DNA from: Gemmatimonadota bacterium
GTDB taxonomy: Bacteria; Gemmatimonadota; Gemmatimonadetes; Palauibacterales; Palauibacteraceae
Reading direction: 5' to 3'
Length of the DNA: 11,430 nucleotides
Assembly (NCBI GenBank): GCA_046758745.1
Contig: JBHIAV010000069.1
Location: forward strand, 1 to 11,430
Position numbers and translations under genes: made by a program. Shown here in pieces: positions 7,076 to 11,430 of the stretch. Positions within the stretch are counted from its first letter, which is position 1, and every line of letters begins with the position of its first letter. Below the pieces are notes generated by a model. The model saw nothing but the letters and a program-made list of their open reading frames with translations. It searched no databases and was not told the origin of the DNA.

Positions 7076-7615
7076 GTGAGATTCGTCGCCATTGATTTCG
7101 AGACCGCGGACTACGAGCCGGACAGCGCCTGCGCCATAGGGCTGGTGCGGGTGGAGGACGGGGAGATCGTCGCGAGGTATCACCATCTCATCAGGCCGCC
7201 GCGCCGCGCGTTCGTCTTCACCGATCTCCACGGCATTTCCTGGAAAGACGTCAGGGGCCAGCCGACCTTCTCGCGATTGTGGCCCGAGCTCACCGAGTTC
7301 TGGAGGGGCGCGGACTTCTTCGCGGCCCACAACGCCGCGTTCGACCGATCGGTCCTGCAGGCCTGCTGCACTCGGGCCGGCTTGAGACCGCCCGCGAAGG
7401 ATTTCACCTGCACGGTGGAGCTGTCACGCCGGGTCTGGGGCATCCGTCCGACGAAGCTGTCGGACGTGTGCCGAGCCCTGCGCATTCCCCTCAATCACCA
7501 CCAGGCGCTCAGCGACGCGGAGGCGTGCGCGCGCATCGTGATCGCGGCAAACGCGATTGCAGAGAAGTCCAGATCGAGAATCTCCCCAACAGTCAGGCGC
7601 ACCTTCTTGCCTTGA
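7076..7615 (+). CDS. DEDDh 3'-5' exonuclease (DNA polymerase III epsilon-like, stand-alone)
   Basis: ExoI FVAIDFETA, LHGI, ExoII AHNAAFD, ExoIII NHHQALSDAEAC. Confidence 0.93.
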   Translation: MRFVAIDFETADYEPDSACAIGLVRVEDGEIVARYHHLIRPPRRAFVFTDLHGISWKDVRGQPTFSRLWPELTEFWRGADFFAAHNAAFDRSVLQACCTRAGLRPPAKDFTCTVELSRRVWGIRPTKLSDVCRALRIPLNHHQALSDAEACARIVIAANAIAEKSRSRISPTVRRTFLP

Positions 7616-7675
7616 CATTGTTTTCACTGAAATGGAGCATTTCACCGTGCGGTGAAAGTGCTCATATTGGTGAAA
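7612..7675 (+). promoter_or_regulatory. Promoter/operator of the AbiEi-like gene: TTGACA plus TTTCAC/GTGAAA inverted repeats
   Basis: TTGACA 7612-7617; TTTCAcTGAAA 7622-7632; GAGCATTTCACCG-tg-CGGTGAAAgTGCTC 7635-7663; another GGTGAAA 7669-7675. The -10 element is not clear. Confidence 0.6.
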
Positions 7676-7690
7676 CCAAGATCCAAGATC

Positions 7691-8344
7691 ATGGTAGACG
7701 AGAAGCTCGAAAAGAGAGTCAGGGAGCGCCTCCGTCGGCTGCTCGAGGATCTGCCCTTCGTGCGCCTCAAGGGCTGGCGCAGGGGAGACGGGGCGCTGGA
7801 GGGGCGGAAGGTCGACTTGGCCGCCGAAGTGATCGCCAGGGGGGAACCGTGGCGCCCCCTCATCGAAGTCGAGGCCAACGGCGAGCCCAGGTACATCCGC
7901 AGCGCTGTCCAGCAGCTCTGTTCCTCCTTGTCCGAAGCACGCAGAGCGTGTGGGATCGTCGCGGCGCCGTATATCAGCCCCGAAGCAGGCAGGATCTGCA
8001 GAAACGAGGGAGTCGGCTATCTCGACCCGGCCGGAAACTGCGCGCTGACCTTCGCGAATCTCTTCATAGAGAGACAGGGGATTGCCAGGCCGACTCAGGA
8101 GCGGCGGCCCCTTCGGAGCCTGTTCGCCCCCAAGGCAGGGCGCGCGCTCAGGGTGCTGTTGGAAGAGCCGGGACGCTCCTGGACACTACAGGCACTCGCG
8201 GAAAGGGCCAAGGTCAGCCTCGGACTCGCCTTCAAGGTTAAGGAACGATTGCTCGACCTCGAGTTCGTCCTGGAAGGGGACGAAGGCCTGACCCTGGTGA
8301 AGCCTGAGCCGCTACTTCGCAGGTGGGGAACCGAATACTCCTAT
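7691..8344 (+). pseudogene. Type IV toxin-antitoxin AbiEi-like antitoxin / transcriptional regulator, C-terminally truncated
   Basis: IEVEANGEPR, GIVAAPYIS....IC...GVGYLD.AGN, wHTH region RSLFAPKAGRALRVLL..P.RSWTLQALAERAKVSLGLAFKV, LLRRWGTEYSY. Resemblance stops at about 8344, where toxin-like sequence begins in another frame. Start could be GTG 7652, GTG 7670 or ATG 7691. Confidence 0.72.
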
Positions 8345-8950
8345 GGTTGTGGTTGGAGGGTGGGTGCCCGTTCTCCTGGTCACCAGTGCTCGCGAGCCTC
8401 ATCCGGGAACCCTGGACATCGACTTAGCCCTCGATTTCACGCGCATTCCCGACGTACCGGACGATCCTGACTGGGTTCACTGTCAGGGGGTACAGACAGG
8501 ATCCCGGTCAACCCTTCCGCTTTTTCCGGACCATCGGCCTTCAGGCCGGCAACCAAGTTGTAGTTGAGGTCGACTTGCTCGCCGGGGAGTATGGTGGTGC
8601 CGGCCCCGGGCACCGAACTCAGCGTGTTCAGGATGCGCGAGCCCGTAAGGCGAGGGGTTGCGAGTTGGTCTTCTCGAATCAGGTGGAGGTGATGGTCGAG
8701 GGGACTCTCCCGGGTGGTGGTCGGGACCGGGTCACGGTTCGCGTGGCCGGCTTCGTAACGACTGGTGATGGAGGGGCTCGCTAAGATCCGTTCCAAGTTC
8801 AAGTCGGTCGATGATCTCGGTCCCAGGTGGGTCGCCGATTTCCTAGAGATCATGGACCCGAGAGAACGCGCGATCACGGTGCGCGACGCCTACGAGACCG
8901 TATGGGGTCTGCTCGATATGCTCGCGGTTGAACCGTGGGAGGGACCCTGA
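8343..8950 (+). pseudogene. AbiEii-like nucleotidyltransferase toxin, broken across three frames
   Basis: VVVGGWVP...HPGTLDIDLAL (Pol-beta NTase GG...DxD motif), frameshift at about 8451 into TYRTIL...GYRQ...QPFRFFRT...VEVDLLAGEYGG...RARKARGCELVF...VRVAGFVT, then a jump at about 8761 into LVMEGLAKIRSKF...GPRWVADF...RDAYETV. No KxxA / KDxxD segment is present. Confidence 0.72.
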
Positions 8951-9032
8951 GCGGCACGAACAGAGCTTCCCTGACGGCGCCGGTCCCGACATGATGTCTG
9001 CAATCTAGGCGCTGGGAGGTTCCGTCGGAGCG

Positions 9033-9078
9033 CGGGCCGGGGGGCCCGGTGAGGTCCGACGCCGGCCGTCGGCGTCGG
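9033..9078. terminator. Two GC-rich hairpins between convergent genes; possible terminator or RNA-stabilising structure
   Basis: CGGGCC-gggg-GGCCCG (9033-9048) and CCGACGCCG-gccgt-CGGCGTCGG (9056-9078); no U-tract on either strand. Confidence 0.3.
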
Positions 9079-9137
9079 CACCCCCCCTGGACGACCCGTC
9101 AACCTTGAGCCTGGCGCGCCGGTGCCGCCGGCAGGGG

Positions 9138-10415
9138 CTAGCCGCTCCGCCCGCTCCGCCAGGCGCGGAAGTATCGCTGATAGCTCGCGCGCTTTCGGGC
9201 CAGGCTCCGCGCCGGCCCGGGATGCTGCGTGGCCCGCAGCAACGACCCCAGGTCGCGGAACTGGCCGGCGTCGAGGCGCGCTTCCTCGTCGCCGAGACGG
9301 GCGTGGAGGCGGGACATCCGGAGGCTCCACTGGGCGGTGAGGTCCCTGGCCGATTCGTAGTCCCCCCTGTCGATGAATTCGACCGTCTCGCGCCGGGCCC
9401 GGGCGGCGCTCAGGAGCTCGACGGCGCGGTCGACGTCGGGATGGACGGGCATCGCGGCCACGCGCTCCGCCTCGCCGCCCGTGACGCGGGCGAGCTGCTG
9501 CAGCTCGATGCGGCCCTGGCCGGGAAGCTCGAGCCACAGGCGGACGTCGAAAAGGTCCAGCGGCTGGCCGGGCTCGCCGCCGTGCGCGGCGACGCGCGCG
9601 ACGATCTCGAGCGGCTGGCCGTGGTTGAGGTCGCCGATCCGCCAGCCCTCCGGGCCGGAGGGGAGGTCGTTCAGGATCTCGACCACCTTCGTGCCGGGCC
9701 GGCGCGGCTCGATCCTCAGGGCGCCCTTGTCGCTGTATAGAGCGGCCAGGCCGGCGAGCTCGGCCTCGAAGATCCGCTTGAGGTCGGCGGGGGACTCGAC
9801 GAACCAGCCGACGCCCCCTCCCGAGACGGCCATCGGGATCATCAGGTCCTCGTTGAAATCGGACCCGATGCCGATGGTGGAGGTGCTGACGCCGCTGCTG
9901 AACAGCTCGCGGACGCGCGTGACGATGGTCTCGGGGTCGATCACGCCGACGTTGGCGAGCCCGTCGCTTATCAGGAGCACCCTGTTGAGGCGCTCCGGGT
10001 CGAGCCGGCGGGAGACCGCGATGCTGCCCTGCACCCAGGCGTCGTAAAGCGCCGTGGTCCGCCCGGCGTCAATCCCCGGGAGCAGCGCCAGGATGCGCGC
10101 CGCCGCCTCGGAGACGGGGAGGGCCGGGACCAGCATCCTCACCCGATCGTCATAGATGGTGAGGCTCACAAGGTCGTCGGGCGCCATGTTCCGGAGGGCG
10201 AAGGCGACGGCCTCCTTCGCGCGGACGAGCTTGTCGCCCGCCATGCTGCCGCTGCGGTCGAGGACGATGCCGAGGTTGAGCCGGCGGCGCTCGGCCCGAG
10301 GCTCGGGAGCGGGGGGCTCGATGCGGATCAGGAAATACGTCGTGCTCTCCCGTCCGGCGACGAGCGCCGGCTTCGCGGGGATGATGGTGATCGTCGGTGC
10401 GCTGTGGTGCTTCAT
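9138..10415 (-). CDS. von Willebrand factor A (vWA) domain protein, cytoplasmic YfbK/CLCA-like type (425 aa)
   Basis: RRRLNLGIVLDRSGSM (MIDAS DxSxS), GRTTALYDAW, VLLISDGLANVG, STSTIGIGSDFNEDLM; AGGAGG RBS at 10427-10422; no signal peptide. Confidence 0.93.
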   Translation of the reverse strand: MKHHSAPTITIIPAKPALVAGRESTTYFLIRIEPPAPEPRAERRRLNLGIVLDRSGSMAGDKLVRAKEAVAFALRNMAPDDLVSLTIYDDRVRMLVPALPVSEAAARILALLPGIDAGRTTALYDAWVQGSIAVSRRLDPERLNRVLLISDGLANVGVIDPETIVTRVRELFSSGVSTSTIGIGSDFNEDLMIPMAVSGGGVGWFVESPADLKRIFEAELAGLAALYSDKGALRIEPRRPGTKVVEILNDLPSGPEGWRIGDLNHGQPLEIVARVAAHGGEPGQPLDLFDVRLWLELPGQGRIELQQLARVTGGEAERVAAMPVHPDVDRAVELLSAARARRETVEFIDRGDYESARDLTAQWSLRMSRLHARLGDEEARLDAGQFRDLGSLLRATQHPGPARSLARKRASYQRYFRAWRSGRSG

Positions 10416-10418
10416 GGC

Positions 10419-11126
10419 CTACCTCCTCACGTATCGGTCGAGAATGGCGCATAGCCTTGAGGCGAGCGCGTGCAGGAATGAGCGGCTCGCGGGGACGCGG
10501 GTGCCCTCGCGGATGTGCAGCTCGATGCCGGGGTGCAGCTCGACGCGGAGCCATCTGCCCTCGCCCCGGGGCTGGTCGGCTCCGGCGCCCGGGGCGGTCC
10601 AGTCGTCGGGGGGTTTGAGGGCGCACTGCAATAGCGCGTCAGGTGCCCTGAGGTCCCGCGTCAGCGTTGGCGCCTGCGTTTCCAAGGTCGGCGAGATCAT
10701 CTCCACCTCTCCCAGCGACTCCGAGTGCCACCGCGGGTTCCAGCTGGCCCATGCCTCGCGCGAGCGGGGCAGAGGCCCGGCCAGCCAGGCCTCGAGCCGC
10801 TCCTCCAGTTGCCGGTCGTCGAGCCCGCCGATGGCCGGGCGGATCGCACGGATCGGCAGGAAGTGCCCCTGCAGCACCTTGATCGCCACCAGCTGCAGGA
10901 GGTGGCGATAGGCGTAGAGCGCTGCGGTTCCGGCCGATGCGTGCGGGCGATCCACGAGCCCCTGCTGGATGTAGTAGCGGATCGTCCGCGCGTCCGGGAC
11001 CCCGGTCACACGGTGCCAGGCCTGCGGGCCGGTCAGTCTCGGGATGATCACGGCCGCCAGGCTCACCAGCTCGTCGATCTTGATGTCCGCTCTACCCCGG
11101 TAAGGGGCGAGCAGCTCGGTGACCAT
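10419..11126 (-). CDS. MerR-family HTH transcriptional regulator (235 aa)
   Basis: PDARTIRYYIQQGLVDRP....TAALYAYRHLLQLVAIKVLQ...LPIRAIR; low-complexity linker; C-terminal WLRVELHPGIELHIRE module. Stop lies 3 nt before the vWA ATG. Confidence 0.88.
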   Translation of the reverse strand: MVTELLAPYRGRADIKIDELVSLAAVIIPRLTGPQAWHRVTGVPDARTIRYYIQQGLVDRPHASAGTAALYAYRHLLQLVAIKVLQGHFLPIRAIRPAIGGLDDRQLEERLEAWLAGPLPRSREAWASWNPRWHSESLGEVEMISPTLETQAPTLTRDLRAPDALLQCALKPPDDWTAPGAGADQPRGEGRWLRVELHPGIELHIREGTRVPASRSFLHALASRLCAILDRYVRR

Positions 11127-11133
11127 CGGGGCG

Positions 11134-11173
11134 GTTATACTACGAACAGCAATACTGTGAACAGTAATATTGT
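11134..11173 (-). promoter_or_regulatory. Leaderless sigma70-type promoter of the merR-vWA operon, overlapped by two tandem imperfect palindromes
   Basis: Minus strand TTCACA (11161-11156)-N16-TATAAC (11139-11134)-7 nt-ATG (11126), with no Shine-Dalgarno. Direct repeats GAACAGCAATACTGT (11144-11158) and GAACAGTAATATTGT (11159-11173). Confidence 0.6.
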
Positions 11174-11346
11174 CATAATATTATATGCATTGTAGAATCA
11201 ATCAGTCACGGCAATCCCGGCACCTCATCCAAAGCGGAGATCGTGATCCGGGTCGGCGAAGGTTGCGCGCGCGGTGCGGCTCGCCGCCGGCGGCGCTCAC
11301 CGGGCCGGCAGGTAGCTCGACGTGATCGGCGGGCGCAAGCGCGGCG

Positions 11347-11372
11347 TGGTAGAATGCGCCCCTTTCGAGGAG
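11347..11372 (+). promoter_or_regulatory. Extended -10 promoter element and RBS for a gene leaving the window
   Basis: TGgTAGAAT at 11347-11355; GAGGAG at 11367-11372, 6 nt before ATG 11379. Confidence 0.55.
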
Positions 11373-11378
11373 CCCAGG

Positions 11379-11430
11379 ATGAATCGGACAATCCACCAGT
11401 CGCTATTCGTGTCTTTCGCCCTCTCGCTGA
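11379..11430 (+). CDS. 5' end of a gene running off the window; possible signal peptide
   Basis: MNRTIHQSLFVSFALSL... open to the window edge, with good RBS and extended -10; not in the ORF track. Confidence 0.55.
   Translation, partial: MNRTIHQSLFVSFALSL

Noticed and set aside
7076-7615. Calling the exonuclease dnaQ
   Set aside because: It lacks the C-terminal alpha-subunit-binding extension and sits in an accessory context; only the DEDDh family is supported.
7279-8241. 320-aa + strand ORF bridging the exonuclease and antitoxin genes
   Set aside because: Alternative frame of two recognisable genes, with no motifs of its own.
9105-10911. + strand ORFs 9105..9740, 9373..10047 and 10156..10911
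   Set aside because: Antisense shadows of the vWA and MerR genes.
11144-11173. Tandem 15-bp repeats as a CRISPR array or iterons
   Set aside because: Only two adjacent copies with no spacers and no cas or rep gene; better explained as operators.

Overview
GC-rich bacterial accessory region mixing intact genes with many eroded ones; no rRNA, tRNA or CRISPR array is visible. In order: the 3' end of a TPR-repeat gene (frameshifted at the window edge); a truncated, internally deleted IS256 transposase and a short IS481-like remnant; an ECF sigma factor translationally coupled (ATGA overlap) to an O6-methylguanine-DNA methyltransferase with a C-terminal Ada-type Cys4 Zn domain, an anti-sigma-like N-terminal segment and no AraC HTH; a small 4-Cys hypothetical protein; a signal-peptide-bearing O-methyltransferase; a + strand run of a DUF4236-TPR protein, a frameshifted hypothetical gene, a DEDDh 3'-5' exonuclease and a decayed AbiEi/AbiEii-like type IV toxin-antitoxin pair with a palindromic operator; a - strand MerR-like regulator + vWA operon with a leaderless promoter and tandem palindromic operators; and the start of a divergent gene. 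The best candidate for a little-described system is the ECF sigma / MGMT-Ada(Zn) pair, which could be a sigma-factor-based adaptive response to DNA alkylation. All family assignments come from motif recognition by eye, not from database searches.
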